Positions 45,810 to 55,277 of a DNA stretch of 64,000 nucleotides are shown piece by piece. The position numbers and the translations under genes are program-made. Position 1 is the first letter of the stretch. Each line of letters starts with the position of its first letter. The stretch is taken from positions 219,740 to 283,739 of the IMG/VR virus record IMGVR_UViG_3300045974_000132; one strand, 5' to 3'. The DNA comes from a virus. The notes below the pieces were generated by a model that was not told where the DNA came from, ran no database searches, and saw only the letters and a program-made list of their open reading frames with translations.

Positions 45810-46268
45810 TTACGCTACTAAGGCAGAAACAAGCTGTCGAATAATAGGTTCTTCTGCAGGAGTCGGAGCCATAGTTATAGCAATGACTGCACAGAAGTCT
45901 TTAGGCAGCAATCGTTCTTCTGGTGCAAAGTAAGCATCTGTCAGAACATCCATCCCTAATAACACTCCTAAGAAACCTGAAAGTAGGTCTTCTCTTCGTG
46001 AAGTAGGGTCGAACAACATAGAGAATGATGGATCTACTACCATCTTAGACAGTAGAGCAGAGCCTAATATAATATGAGTAACCGGGATAACTTTGTCAGT
46101 TATAGCGGATCGCATGTTTGCAATTAGCGTGGGCGAAAGTGGAATTACAAAGTCTGATTCACGCGCTTTAGCTACAGCTTCAACCAACAAAGCTTTGATA
46201 AAGGATTCTTCGTACTTTACTGTTTTGATTAAGCATACGGGCTCCCTTGAAATAGGAAAGGGTGCCAT
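45810..46268 (-). CDS. hypothetical protein, paralog family member C
   Basis: VIPLSPTLIANMRSAITDKVIPVTHIILGS...MLFDPTSRREDLLSGFLGVLLGMDVLTDAY homologous to 15899-16321 and 16373-16966. Confidence 0.45.
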   Translation of the reverse strand: MAPFPISREPVCLIKTVKYEESFIKALLVEAVAKARESDFVIPLSPTLIANMRSAITDKVIPVTHIILGSALLSKMVVDPSFSMLFDPTSRREDLLSGFLGVLLGMDVLTDAYFAPEERLLPKDFCAVIAITMAPTPAEEPIIRQLVSALVA

Positions 46269-46291
46269 ATAAGCACCCTTTGGTATTAAAC

Positions 46292-46906
46292 TTACTTAAC
46301 GATGTGCTTTGCAGCTTCAGTCTTAACCTTAGCATGGACACTGTTGTTCACAATGTAACGCAGTTCTTCAGTATTCAAAGAATCTGCATTGGAACGAAGT
46401 GAGGACAGCAGGTCGTCTTCGTTACCGTCATTGTTGTGAGCAAGGTTCATTGCATAGCCGCCGACGGTACCTGCATTTTCATTGAGCAGATCCTTAACAG
46501 CTTCAGGAGCAGTCTCTTGAAGATCCGGCAGTTCATCGTAGCCCAAGCTAAACAAACGCTTCTGTTCTTCTTGTGCTTCCGGCGTGCTAAGAAGGTCGGT
46601 AGCGTGATCTTCGCTAACGATTGCAACCATACGGCCTTGAACAAGACGACGGAACTGCGGATTCGTCAAGATTGCATTCTTAGTAGCTTGCGTAGTCAAG
46701 TCAATAGGAATAGACGTAACAGGCACACGAATAGTATGCACTTGACCGTTGCCTTCAGGGATTGTAATGTTGATAACACCCTTCTGCTTACCGCTACCTC
46801 CGCTGTTATTTAGTACCCACAGAGAGGACGATGCTTTGTCCTTTTCTGCTTGGGCGATTGTCTGGTATGCAAATGCTGTCGGTTTGTCTTTCAGTGCTGT
46901 GTTCAT
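46292..46906 (-). CDS. hypothetical protein
   Basis: 204-aa ORF; overlaps upstream minus-strand ORF by ~100 nt. Confidence 0.45.
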   Translation of the reverse strand: MNTALKDKPTAFAYQTIAQAEKDKASSSLWVLNNSGGSGKQKGVINITIPEGNGQVHTIRVPVTSIPIDLTTQATKNAILTNPQFRRLVQGRMVAIVSEDHATDLLSTPEAQEEQKRLFSLGYDELPDLQETAPEAVKDLLNENAGTVGGYAMNLAHNNDGNEDDLLSSLRSNADSLNTEELRYIVNNSVHAKVKTEAAKHIVK

Positions 46907-47690
46907 TGTCGGTACCTTTATATGGAGAGTTAAATTCAGAAATCAAACGTTCAAATTTCACAGGTTTAATAGATATGATTTGCTGGAGAGTGTATTCCTT
47001 ACATTCACCAGTAGTACCACGCAAGAACTCATCCCAGACTGTCGTATCTAGTAGATATTCCCACATCCAGTTTTCCCAGCCAAGCTTCTTAATCTTGAAG
47101 GGATATAACTTTTCTACTTCTAAGATAGTAGGTGTAGCAAATACTCCACCTTCTTCCTTATTAAGTCTTAGGTAGTTGATAAACTTGTGCAAGATCAACA
47201 AGCACTTAATTTTATCTACTGCCTTCTTCCTCTTGATCTGGACTATACGTCCTTTAAGGCCAGCATCCTTCAGTTTGTAGAAATGAATCTCTGCATCTGA
47301 AATTATCTTAGCACCTTCTGGCCTTACGCGATCTAAGGCAATACACTTTCTTTCAGTCTGATCGGTATGGTTCTTACACGTTTTAATTGTGCAAGCAGTA
47401 AATTGATACCAATCTACGTAAGGACAAGTACCCTTGGGCTCTACATACTTAACTTCTTTTGCCTTAACAGGTGCTTTCTCTTTAGGCTTTTCTACTAACT
47501 CTAGCTTTGGCAGGAGCCTTGCGACTTCCTCTGGTGGCTTTTCTTTTTGTTTGAGAACCTTTCCGTTTAGAGCCGCGCATTGCTTTAACCGCGTGCTTAG
47601 GGGCTTGTGGTGTGCGAGCTTTACGTGTCCTTGTTGTGCACCTTGGTGCTGCACTACCTTTGTTCTTGCTGCGGTTGTTCCGGGTCTCAT
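46806..47690 (-). CDS. hypothetical protein with Cys cluster (start unresolved)
   Basis: 294-aa ORF but only ATG (47690) lies 209 nt inside RuvC gene in another frame; CPYVDW..C..C..KC cluster. Confidence 0.35.
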   Translation of the reverse strand: MRPGTTAARTKVVQHQGAQQGHVKLAHHKPLSTRLKQCAALNGKVLKQKEKPPEEVARLLPKLELVEKPKEKAPVKAKEVKYVEPKGTCPYVDWYQFTACTIKTCKNHTDQTERKCIALDRVRPEGAKIISDAEIHFYKLKDAGLKGRIVQIKRKKAVDKIKCLLILHKFINYLRLNKEEGGVFATPTILEVEKLYPFKIKKLGWENWMWEYLLDTTVWDEFLRGTTGECKEYTLQQIISIKPVKFERLISEFNSPYKGTDNEHSTERQTDSICIPDNRPSRKGQSIVLSVGTK

Positions 47691-48258
47691 TTACAGGTTC
47701 CTTATTTGCTGCCAAAAGCTGTTGTGTAAAATCTTTTATGTTATCCAACGCTTGAAAACAAGGTATCTCTTCTGGAAACACTTGTGACGCACCATATATT
47801 GCAATGCTTGTTGCATCAATTGGGTGTGGTGGCATAGGGTGTAATTGTTTATAGTAGGCTTTTAAGTCATTATGTCTGTTCCACTGATTCTTCCATTGTG
47901 CCGCTGTGACAAATTGAACATGCTTTATACCTAGGTGCAGCAAGGCGCACAACATAAAGCTAACAACCTCAATCGTAGTGCCTTGGCTAGAAGCACCTCT
48001 TGTCATGAAGCGTTCAGCAAATGCAGCATCAACCTTATAGATGCGCTTTAGTTTACGCACCTCTGTCTTAAATCGGCCTACCCTTTTAGCAACGCCTGCT
48101 CCCGTTAGGTCATTAACGGAGTTTTTAATCATGCCGTGTGCTAATATCTTATACCTAAAGGGCGCAAGCTTAATCCTTACAACAGAGTATGCAGTGTTTG
48201 TCTTACCTGGGTCTATTCCTAATATGGTATAGTAAGGCGGGTGTGCAGGTGCATTCAT
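47482..48258 (-). CDS. ruvC: RuvC-like Holliday junction resolvase with ~90-aa basic C-terminal tail
   Basis: N-terminal YTILGIDPGKTNTAYSVV (RuvC motif I with catalytic Asp); C-terminal K/R-rich tail. Confidence 0.7.
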   Translation of the reverse strand: MNAPAHPPYYTILGIDPGKTNTAYSVVRIKLAPFRYKILAHGMIKNSVNDLTGAGVAKRVGRFKTEVRKLKRIYKVDAAFAERFMTRGASSQGTTIEVVSFMLCALLHLGIKHVQFVTAAQWKNQWNRHNDLKAYYKQLHPMPPHPIDATSIAIYGASQVFPEEIPCFQALDNIKDFTQQLLAANKEPVNETRNNRSKNKGSAAPRCTTRTRKARTPQAPKHAVKAMRGSKRKGSQTKRKATRGSRKAPAKARVSRKA

Positions 48259-48447
48259 TTATTTTCCTTTGTTCACCTGCTTAAATTAAGTTTTACAACT
48301 CGATTTTAGCAATTGTATGTTTTTTACACTTTTGTGCATTTAGCAACCGTTTAAACTAATTTTTATGTATGTTAAAAGTAATGAATGCAAGGTGCTATTA
48401 TGTACATCCCTGGTGGTAATTAAGCCTCAACTGATTAGGAGTCAATC

Positions 48448-49527
48448 GTGACTATACAAAAAGGTCTTCCTTCTATTAGGCGAGTGCACGGCAAGAACTT
48501 TATCCAAGATCAGGCGCAGGCACGACTTGAGGAATCTGTAACACCTTATCAACAACAAGGTTTGAATGCACTAGGTGTAGACTACCATGAAGTATATGTC
48601 TACCTAAAGAACATGTCCTCGCGAGTATGTACCTGTAAGCAGGTGCAAGAGGTTATTACTGAAATGGACATCACGGCTGAAGCAAAGCCTAAGTATAAAG
48701 GTATTGCACAAAGCCAAGAGATACGTATTGACTGGAACAAGCCCTTATTCGGTGAACCTAATGAGGCGAAGTTTAGTGCAGACGGTACTTATGATGAAGG
48801 TGATGAATTCGATTTAGAGGATGAAGCACGCCTTAAAGATCCTTCTTTGATTGGCACTTCTATCATTGAATCAAGTCCTGACTGTGGTGTATGTTTCAGG
48901 TCTGGGTTTGTACCAGGCTTTGAACAGTATGGGCGTACAAGGTACATACTAACTACACAGGACATTGTAGATCAAAACTCTGTCAACATAGACCGCAGCG
49001 TAGGGCCGCATGTGTTTGAACGTTTGGCCTCAACAGGCTGGGTGTTATTTTCACTTCAGATACCTAAATACTTTAAGTCTATAACCTATTCTGTTCGTAA
49101 TGGTCATGAAATACTTAATGAACAGCTATGGAATAATAACGTACCCCTCACCTTAGCAGAACTGCGTATGAATGCAGGACGCAATGTTCTTATTAAGGTG
49201 AAGGCGAAACAATTTACACATGTTGACATAACCTTTGATCTAGGTAGTGATCCTATTCATGCCAACATTGCACAAATGTCTAAGGTTACAGACTGGACAC
49301 AGTTCGTAACAATAGGTAACTTGAACATTATTCTTCCCATGACGATACCTGAACTGCCTGTAGGTAGTTTCTTGTATCTGCCTAAGAAGAGTATGGGCAT
49401 GCGTATTACAGATGTTCCTCAATTAAGAACAGCTAGTGGGCGTAACATTGATTGGGCAGTTAACACTAGGGTGTTACAACCTCAAGAGCCTTTATTAAGC
49501 ATTGCAAAAGGCTTTAGACTATTCTAA
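48448..49527 (+). CDS. hypothetical protein (GTG start)
   Basis: 359-aa ORF; AGGAG 7 nt upstream of GTG; preceded by 190-nt AT-rich divergent regulatory region. Confidence 0.5.
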   Translation: MTIQKGLPSIRRVHGKNFIQDQAQARLEESVTPYQQQGLNALGVDYHEVYVYLKNMSSRVCTCKQVQEVITEMDITAEAKPKYKGIAQSQEIRIDWNKPLFGEPNEAKFSADGTYDEGDEFDLEDEARLKDPSLIGTSIIESSPDCGVCFRSGFVPGFEQYGRTRYILTTQDIVDQNSVNIDRSVGPHVFERLASTGWVLFSLQIPKYFKSITYSVRNGHEILNEQLWNNNVPLTLAELRMNAGRNVLIKVKAKQFTHVDITFDLGSDPIHANIAQMSKVTDWTQFVTIGNLNIILPMTIPELPVGSFLYLPKKSMGMRITDVPQLRTASGRNIDWAVNTRVLQPQEPLLSIAKGFRLF

Positions 49528-49769
49528 TTGTTTAGTACGCAAATGTACAAAAAGATAACTTTTAGACAACAAAAAGTAGTTTTATAGAAGTGTGTATTTT
49601 TGTGCTGACCATACTAATTAAAGGTCACGTTACACAGATTAGGTGTAGTTGTTTAGCAGCATAAAACGCTATACCAAAAGATCAAAACATTGGTAAACAC
49701 CTCAAATCATTTATCAATTTTTGACCTAACCGAGTATCCTTCCGTACGAAAGGTTGCTCATGTTTAGTT

Positions 49770-49785
49770 AGGATTTGCAAATCCT
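49770..49785. promoter_or_regulatory. perfect 16-bp palindrome aggatttgcaaatcct (operator-like)
   Basis: self-complementary 16-mer 27 nt upstream of ATG 49813. Confidence 0.45.
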
Positions 49786-49812
49786 GTCATTAACCTCCTA
49801 AGGAGAAATACT

Positions 49813-50586
49813 ATGGCCGTTACACGCCGTGTTAAAGCTGTTACTCAAAAGAGTACCAAGCCGAAGAAAAAAGATATGTCTGCTCCCGCAGTGAAGGCCC
49901 GCAAGGCTGCTGCTAAGGTCCGTAAGAACCCGGCCGTCAAGGCTAAGGTTGCTAAGGCCCGCAAGGTTCGTGAAGCTCACAAGACCACCAAGGAAAAGCA
50001 ATTTGACAAAGAGCGCGCCGCTGCTCTGCGTGCAAAGCGCGAAGGTAAGAACCCGGCTGAAGCCGTAAAGAAGGTTCGTGCCAAGAAGGCTGCTCCGGCC
50101 GCTGCTAAGTCCACTCGTGCTGCTAAGGCTGCTACGAAGGCTAAGACTCTGACGGAAAAGAAGGTTTCGACCCGTAAGCCGCGTACTACTAAGGCCAAGG
50201 TTGCTGCTAAGAAGGTCTCGACTCGCAAACCCCGCGCTTCCAAGGCTGTGAAGCCAGCAGCCAAGAAGGTCAGCACCCGTAAGCCGCGTACCGCTAAGGT
50301 CGCTGCCAAGAAGGTCTCGACTCGCAAGCCCCGTGCCACTAAGGTTGCTGCTAAGCCGGCCGCCAAGAAGGTTTCGACCCGTAAGCCGCGTACTGCCAAG
50401 GTTGCAGCCAAGAAGGTTTCGACCCGTAAGCCGCGTACTACTAAGGCCAAGGTTGCTGCCCCGAAGAAGGTTTCTACGCGTAAGCCGCGTACTTCTAAGC
50501 CGGCCGCTCCGAAGAAGGTTTCGACCCGTAAGCCGCGTACCGCTAAGCCGGCCGCTGCTAAGGTTCGTCGCCCCCGCGCTAAGTAA
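49813..50586 (+). CDS. histone H1-like lysine/alanine-rich DNA-binding protein with 8 tandem KKVSTRKPR repeats
   Basis: 257 aa, ~35% K/R, ~25% A; strong RBS AAGGAG; host-like codon usage (aag, gct, cgt, gtt). Confidence 0.6.
   Translation: MAVTRRVKAVTQKSTKPKKKDMSAPAVKARKAAAKVRKNPAVKAKVAKARKVREAHKTTKEKQFDKERAAALRAKREGKNPAEAVKKVRAKKAAPAAAKSTRAAKAATKAKTLTEKKVSTRKPRTTKAKVAAKKVSTRKPRASKAVKPAAKKVSTRKPRTAKVAAKKVSTRKPRATKVAAKPAAKKVSTRKPRTAKVAAKKVSTRKPRTTKAKVAAPKKVSTRKPRTSKPAAPKKVSTRKPRTAKPAAAKVRRPRAK
50158..50560 (+). repeat. coding tandem repeat array, 8 units of 45-57 nt
   Basis: aagaaggtttcgacccgtaagccgcgtac... units with synonymous variation. Confidence 0.8.
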
Positions 50587-50611
50587 TCTAACGGTTACTT
50601 GTTGTGCTACG

Positions 50612-50640
50612 AAAACCCTCCGTAATTGGAGGGTTTTCCA
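50612..50640 (+). terminator. rho-independent terminator
   Basis: aaaaccctcc-gtaatt-ggagggtttt + T-run. Confidence 0.6.
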
Positions 50641-50733
50641 TTTGTGCTTTAGATATGCAAAACCCTTGAAGTGTAGTTTTACTACCTAAAATCTAATTTA
50701 AAGTCATGTTGATACATTTAAGGTGCCCGGAAA

Positions 50734-51906
50734 ATGGCTTCTAAGAGACTGGAAAAGATTAAGAAAGCCCGCAGCCTTAATGACATTATGGATGTCGTTA
50801 ATGATATTGCCTTTGAGTTTAAGAACAGTCAAGCGGTTGTTGAGCGCCTTTTAGGCAGCCTTTCCGCTGAGATTTCCTTTGATGCTCGTGGAAAACGTCC
50901 TCGGGCTAAGGTACAAGATGTTAAGTTTGTTGCCCCTAAGGCGTCCGACCTGCAGAAGCATATTACCGTTATTGACAAGCTGTACGCAAATGTCCTGGAA
51001 TTGGACTCTGCTGAAGCAATGGTTAAACAAGCCTTTGTCGGTAACAAGAAACAGCCTGCTGCTTTAAAAGCTATTGCCGAATTGAAGGCAAGCATTGATC
51101 CCATTATCAATGACGCTTTTGATGCCCTACAGGAGATTGCTAATAAGCATCTCCCAGCAGGTATGTCAAAGTTTGTAGATGATCTGACTTCCTATATCAT
51201 CGACCGTTTAGATGCTAAGTCTTATAAGGATGTATTCCGTCAGGTATATGTTACGTATGATCCTGAGGATAAAGACTTACTACACTTCTCTGAATATATC
51301 GGTATCGAAAACCTGAAGACTTCTTCTGGCTTTACTTTCGATCAGTATTACATTGTTGTTACAGGCGTTATTGACAAATCCGGTAATCTTACTTACTATG
51401 TCAATAGCTTCCCTGACTTCAAAGTACCGGGTAAGTACCCAGTCGGTAAAGAAACACCTACGATTGATGCAGCTAAGAAGCGCGTAGACCTTCTTCTTTC
51501 GCACAATGAGTTTATCGTTATCGGTGATAAGCTTCCGATGCCCGTTACGGATGAACGTGCTAAGACTAGTGGTCTTTCGACCATCAAGGGTGTTAAGAAG
51601 GCCTCTGTAGTAGATGACGAATTAATCATTAACTGGGATCGCGCTGTTATCAAGACTGACGCGGCCAAGCAGAAGATGATTATTGATATTATGGCACGCT
51701 TGAATGCAATTGTTAATAGCCGGGCTTCACGTAAAATCTTTACGTACAAGTTGGACAATGTAGCCCGTACATTAACATTCATCCTAGTACCTAATGTTGA
51801 TAAGTCTACCAAGCATTTCAATCTTGAGAAGCTAGATGATGCAGCTACCATCCTAGACTTGGATGAAAAGCAGAAGAAGGCTCTGCGCTTCGCTCTACAG
51901 AACTAA
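50734..51906 (+). CDS. hypothetical protein
   Basis: 390-aa ORF. Confidence 0.5.
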   Translation: MASKRLEKIKKARSLNDIMDVVNDIAFEFKNSQAVVERLLGSLSAEISFDARGKRPRAKVQDVKFVAPKASDLQKHITVIDKLYANVLELDSAEAMVKQAFVGNKKQPAALKAIAELKASIDPIINDAFDALQEIANKHLPAGMSKFVDDLTSYIIDRLDAKSYKDVFRQVYVTYDPEDKDLLHFSEYIGIENLKTSSGFTFDQYYIVVTGVIDKSGNLTYYVNSFPDFKVPGKYPVGKETPTIDAAKKRVDLLLSHNEFIVIGDKLPMPVTDERAKTSGLSTIKGVKKASVVDDELIINWDRAVIKTDAAKQKMIIDIMARLNAIVNSRASRKIFTYKLDNVARTLTFILVPNVDKSTKHFNLEKLDDAATILDLDEKQKKALRFALQN

Positions 51907-51915
51907 GGAACGATC

Positions 51916-52176
51916 ATGGAGATAATTATTTCTCTATCTAATACTCCTGAGAATGAAGCATACCGCCGTCAGCATATGCCCGTACCGGGTAAAGAGTATA
52001 ACTTATCTTTGCTAAAAGGCAGCGGTAAGGGCTACTGGGCAGACATGGGCCGAGTTCATATCGGGTCTATCATAAACGGCATACTCAACTTTATGCGTGT
52101 AGGTGCAGACGACGATGAACGGGTGCAACATATCCGTGCTGAGACTATTCCTACACAAGCTCTATTCTCAAGTTAA
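51916..52176 (+). CDS. hypothetical protein
   Basis: 86-aa ORF. Confidence 0.4.
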   Translation: MEIIISLSNTPENEAYRRQHMPVPGKEYNLSLLKGSGKGYWADMGRVHIGSIINGILNFMRVGADDDERVQHIRAETIPTQALFSS

Positions 52177-52179
52177 CTT

Positions 52180-53172
52180 ATGAAACATAGACAAACTCCG
52201 TACAACTTCAAACTAGAGGTGCTTCCCTTATCGGGCGGCACCTTTTCGGCGCTTGTACGGAGTCAATATGTTGATGTTGGTACCCTATTTGATACCTACA
52301 TAGCTCCTGCTTTGTACAGTACCCCGAAGGTATTCTCCGCCCGTGAGCCTTTTACTTTGGTAAATGTTACATGTACTCATGCCGGAGTATCTTTTGGATA
52401 CTTAGAAACGCCTCCTAAAGAAGCGCAACCTTTGGCCTGTACTTGGTTGTTCACCTTTGCAATCTCTGATGAACAATATACGCATTTGTCTAAGGTAGGT
52501 TATACGTCGCTTCGTTGGATTAACACTCGCGTATGGGGACAGAAGTCTTCTAAGTTTATCACTATCGGTATTCCTCACACCCAGTCTCAATACCTGGGCC
52601 TGAAGTACGATAGCTTGACACCGCGAATTGTTTACTTCCTAATAGGGTGCATTTCTAAGTCTTTTGTCAGACAGCACAAATACTGGAATCCAAATATCAC
52701 AGACTATGAAGGTAGTTACAAAGCCTTCAATCTGCCGATGGTGCATAGCGGTTTCTATATGCAGCCTATGTACAATTTCATGTCACGCACCCCATATCAT
52801 CTATGGGTATTTAATCGCCACATCTGGTTGTCTGCCCCTAATATGCTCTCCGCAAAACACATAACTCCTACGACTATGCTGTACATCCTAATGTACATAC
52901 GCGTAGATAACGGTATGCTAACTAAGGTAGTCGAAGACAAGGTTTTAGACTACCTAGAGAATAGTTTGTTATCTACCCTTCAGCGTACTCAGCAGGAGAT
53001 TGCTCCTAGCGGTTTTGAAGACTGCTTATACACGGCTCTTATGTACAGGGATGAGATTCCAGAGAACCATACTCTTGAGTGGCTGACCGCAAAAGAAAAG
53101 TCAGTTATGGAATTTGGATTAGACAACGTTACTGACTACCGTGATTATGTGCGTACTCAGTTCTACGCATAA
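52180..53172 (+). CDS. hypothetical protein
   Basis: 330-aa ORF. Confidence 0.5.
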   Translation: MKHRQTPYNFKLEVLPLSGGTFSALVRSQYVDVGTLFDTYIAPALYSTPKVFSAREPFTLVNVTCTHAGVSFGYLETPPKEAQPLACTWLFTFAISDEQYTHLSKVGYTSLRWINTRVWGQKSSKFITIGIPHTQSQYLGLKYDSLTPRIVYFLIGCISKSFVRQHKYWNPNITDYEGSYKAFNLPMVHSGFYMQPMYNFMSRTPYHLWVFNRHIWLSAPNMLSAKHITPTTMLYILMYIRVDNGMLTKVVEDKVLDYLENSLLSTLQRTQQEIAPSGFEDCLYTALMYRDEIPENHTLEWLTAKEKSVMEFGLDNVTDYRDYVRTQFYA

Positions 53173-53183
53173 GGAGCTTCATT

Positions 53184-54311
53184 ATGTTACGAGCAGTTGA
53201 TGGGTCGGTTGCTACTGCACTGATGACCTTCTTAGATGAAGATGATACGACGATCATTCCTGCTCCTGGGTATCCCAGAGTAGCTCTGCTGGATAAAGAC
53301 AAGACGGTTATTGCTCAATACAATGCAAGTCCTACTGCAAACCCTGGTGAATGGGAAGCAGCGGTTAGCTTGCCTAACTTAGGTGTTGAGCGTACAGACG
53401 AATACCGTCTTCGCTGGCGTATGAGGGCTGCAAACGGCGAGAAGTATCAGAACTTCGATACGATGTTGATTGATCCTCGTGTCGATCGGCGTGACAGTGA
53501 AATAGTAGTGTTGGACGGTGATGATACTGTCGAGCTTGCACTTCCCTTTGCGTATTTCGCAAGCAACACACCTAGCAAGTTTCAAGTGTATTCCGGTAAC
53601 AATGAAGTGCTATCAGGTGCAGTAAGCTTTGAAGATCCTTCTGTTACAAAGACAGTAGGTGCTGAGAAAACACTAGTTAGCTTTCCGGCAATCATGCTTA
53701 TGCCTTCTTTGAAAGCAAACCTTTTAATTGTAAAGAGTAAGATCAACGGTCGTCCTCGTACTTACAGTTATCGCTACTGGTGTATAACTCCGCAGATCGC
53801 GTTGGCAGCAACAATGATCGAAGACTTCCTGAATAAGTCTCGTATCCAGAATGTTATTCCTGAATTGGAATACACTGCAGGTGATATACTCGGCTATCTT
53901 GAACGAGGCTTATACCTGTTCAACATGACTGCCGCGACAACAACATTCACAGGTACCAACATGCAAGGTATGCTGTTGGATGCGTGGATTACTTGTGCGT
54001 CTTACTATGCTCTTGCAACCCAATTGATTGCAGAAGGTAGTTTAGCTTTCGACTTCAGCGGTCAGGGCATTAGCTTGAACGTTGATCGTACTCCCCAGCT
54101 TGATGCAGCTTTAGGACGTATTGAAGCACGTATTCAAGATACTGTAGTCCCATTGAAGAAGCAGATTACGCAACAAGGCTTCTTTGGCGGTGACGGTAGC
54201 CAAGGTGGTACAGCTATGCGTAATCCTTACGCTACAGGTATTCTTTCACTTACGAATTCCCCAACTACCCGGGTCAATGGATTTAGCAACTTTGTTGGTC
54301 GGAGGTTCTGA
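53184..54311 (+). CDS. hypothetical protein
   Basis: 375-aa ORF; stop embedded in 41-nt junction repeat. Confidence 0.5.
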   Translation: MLRAVDGSVATALMTFLDEDDTTIIPAPGYPRVALLDKDKTVIAQYNASPTANPGEWEAAVSLPNLGVERTDEYRLRWRMRAANGEKYQNFDTMLIDPRVDRRDSEIVVLDGDDTVELALPFAYFASNTPSKFQVYSGNNEVLSGAVSFEDPSVTKTVGAEKTLVSFPAIMLMPSLKANLLIVKSKINGRPRTYSYRYWCITPQIALAATMIEDFLNKSRIQNVIPELEYTAGDILGYLERGLYLFNMTAATTTFTGTNMQGMLLDAWITCASYYALATQLIAEGSLAFDFSGQGISLNVDRTPQLDAALGRIEARIQDTVVPLKKQITQQGFFGGDGSQGGTAMRNPYATGILSLTNSPTTRVNGFSNFVGRRF

Positions 54312-54637
54312 TGGAACTATCTATTTCTTTTGGCAATCCTCTACCTTCTCAGTTTGCGTTGGGTGAGACTGTAGCTGTAGAGCTTCAGAAACTTCAATTA
54401 GAAGCTCAAGTTATCGCTGTTGCTTTTGTAGAAGGTAAAGTCCTATACACTGTTGCCATATATACAGGCTTCACTGAACTAGAGCTTGCTTCGCAGTACG
54501 GTTTAACAAATTCAGTAGGCTGGGATGAAAACGGTAGAGAGTTTGTGCGACTGCAAAACATTGACAGTATCTTCATAAAGCCCTTCAATCCTTTACCAAC
54601 TTTATTGGTCGGAGGCTCAGATGGAACTGTTTATTAG
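54311..54637 (+). CDS. hypothetical protein flanked by junction repeats
   Basis: 108-aa ORF bounded by near-identical ~41-nt direct repeats at 54286-54326 and 54596-54636. Confidence 0.4.
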   Translation: MELSISFGNPLPSQFALGETVAVELQKLQLEAQVIAVAFVEGKVLYTVAIYTGFTELELASQYGLTNSVGWDENGREFVRLQNIDSIFIKPFNPLPTLLVGGSDGTVY

Positions 54638-54794
54638 CGTGTCCGCCCCGGCTAACTATGCTGCTTGGCGTAAGCTAATAGAGTTACGCACTAAAGGATC
54701 TAGTAGATTTATATGGGCTGACCTAATGGCTGATATAACTGCTCATAACTGTGCACCTCGAAACTGGGATCAAGTGCGTAGGGTTGTTAAATAG
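54621..54794 (+). CDS. small hypothetical protein (57 aa)
   Basis: MELFISVS... begins in second junction repeat; below track cutoff. Confidence 0.25.
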   Translation: MELFISVSAPANYAAWRKLIELRTKGSSRFIWADLMADITAHNCAPRNWDQVRRVVK

Positions 54795-54883
54795 TTTATC
54801 GACAAAGGTAGCTTAGTAGTAATTCATACTAAATCTCATGGACAAGTGTATGTAACTCCTAAGTATCTTGAGGAGAATCCTGA

Positions 54884-55273
54884 ATGAAAGTTGTTATCTG
54901 CATGGGTGTACCTACACCTTTAAGTTTAGCTGAAATGTTATTTGACAACTTTTATAACAGGACTGATAAAGTAAAAGCTCAGTCTAAATACACCTCTAAG
55001 ATAGAAGCAATCCTAAAGCCTCTGTTTGTTGAAGCAGCCCGCATAGGTGCAGCATTAGCTGAAAGCAATGTAAAAGAGGTTCCGAAGATCGACATACTAC
55101 GCGGTCTTCCTTCTTTTTCTAAAGGTATATACAAGTTTTTACAAACAGGTTCGCATGTTTCAGATCCTAATGACTCACGTTGTCAAAAGGGTATTAGGTA
55201 CGTACATGTTGAACTCAATCAAGCTTTATCAGAAGTGGCTCAACACGAAATAAATTCACATAAGAGGAAATAA
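54884..55273 (+). CDS. hypothetical protein
   Basis: 129-aa ORF; RBS GAGGAG; AT-rich relative to neighbours. Confidence 0.45.
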   Translation: MKVVICMGVPTPLSLAEMLFDNFYNRTDKVKAQSKYTSKIEAILKPLFVEAARIGAALAESNVKEVPKIDILRGLPSFSKGIYKFLQTGSHVSDPNDSRCQKGIRYVHVELNQALSEVAQHEINSHKRK

Positions 55274-55277
55274 TCAA

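Noticed and set aside
48259-48447. Tried to assign specific -35/-10 promoters in the divergent AT-rich region between RuvC and ORF 48448
   Set aside because: There are several weak TTTACA/TATTAT-like candidates (repeated ttttaca) but none with consensus spacing. It is reported only as a regulatory region within a finding.
50158-50560. Regular ~50-nt tandem repeats considered as a possible CRISPR array
   Set aside because: The repeats are contiguous with no spacers and lie in-frame inside a coding sequence (KKVSTRKPR units). They are a protein repeat, not CRISPR.
49977-50690. ORFs 49977-50450(-) and 50333-50689(+) inside the repeat gene
   Set aside because: These are frame-shifted or antisense readings of a GC-rich, highly repetitive K/A-coding sequence. 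The in-frame gene has the RBS and terminator.
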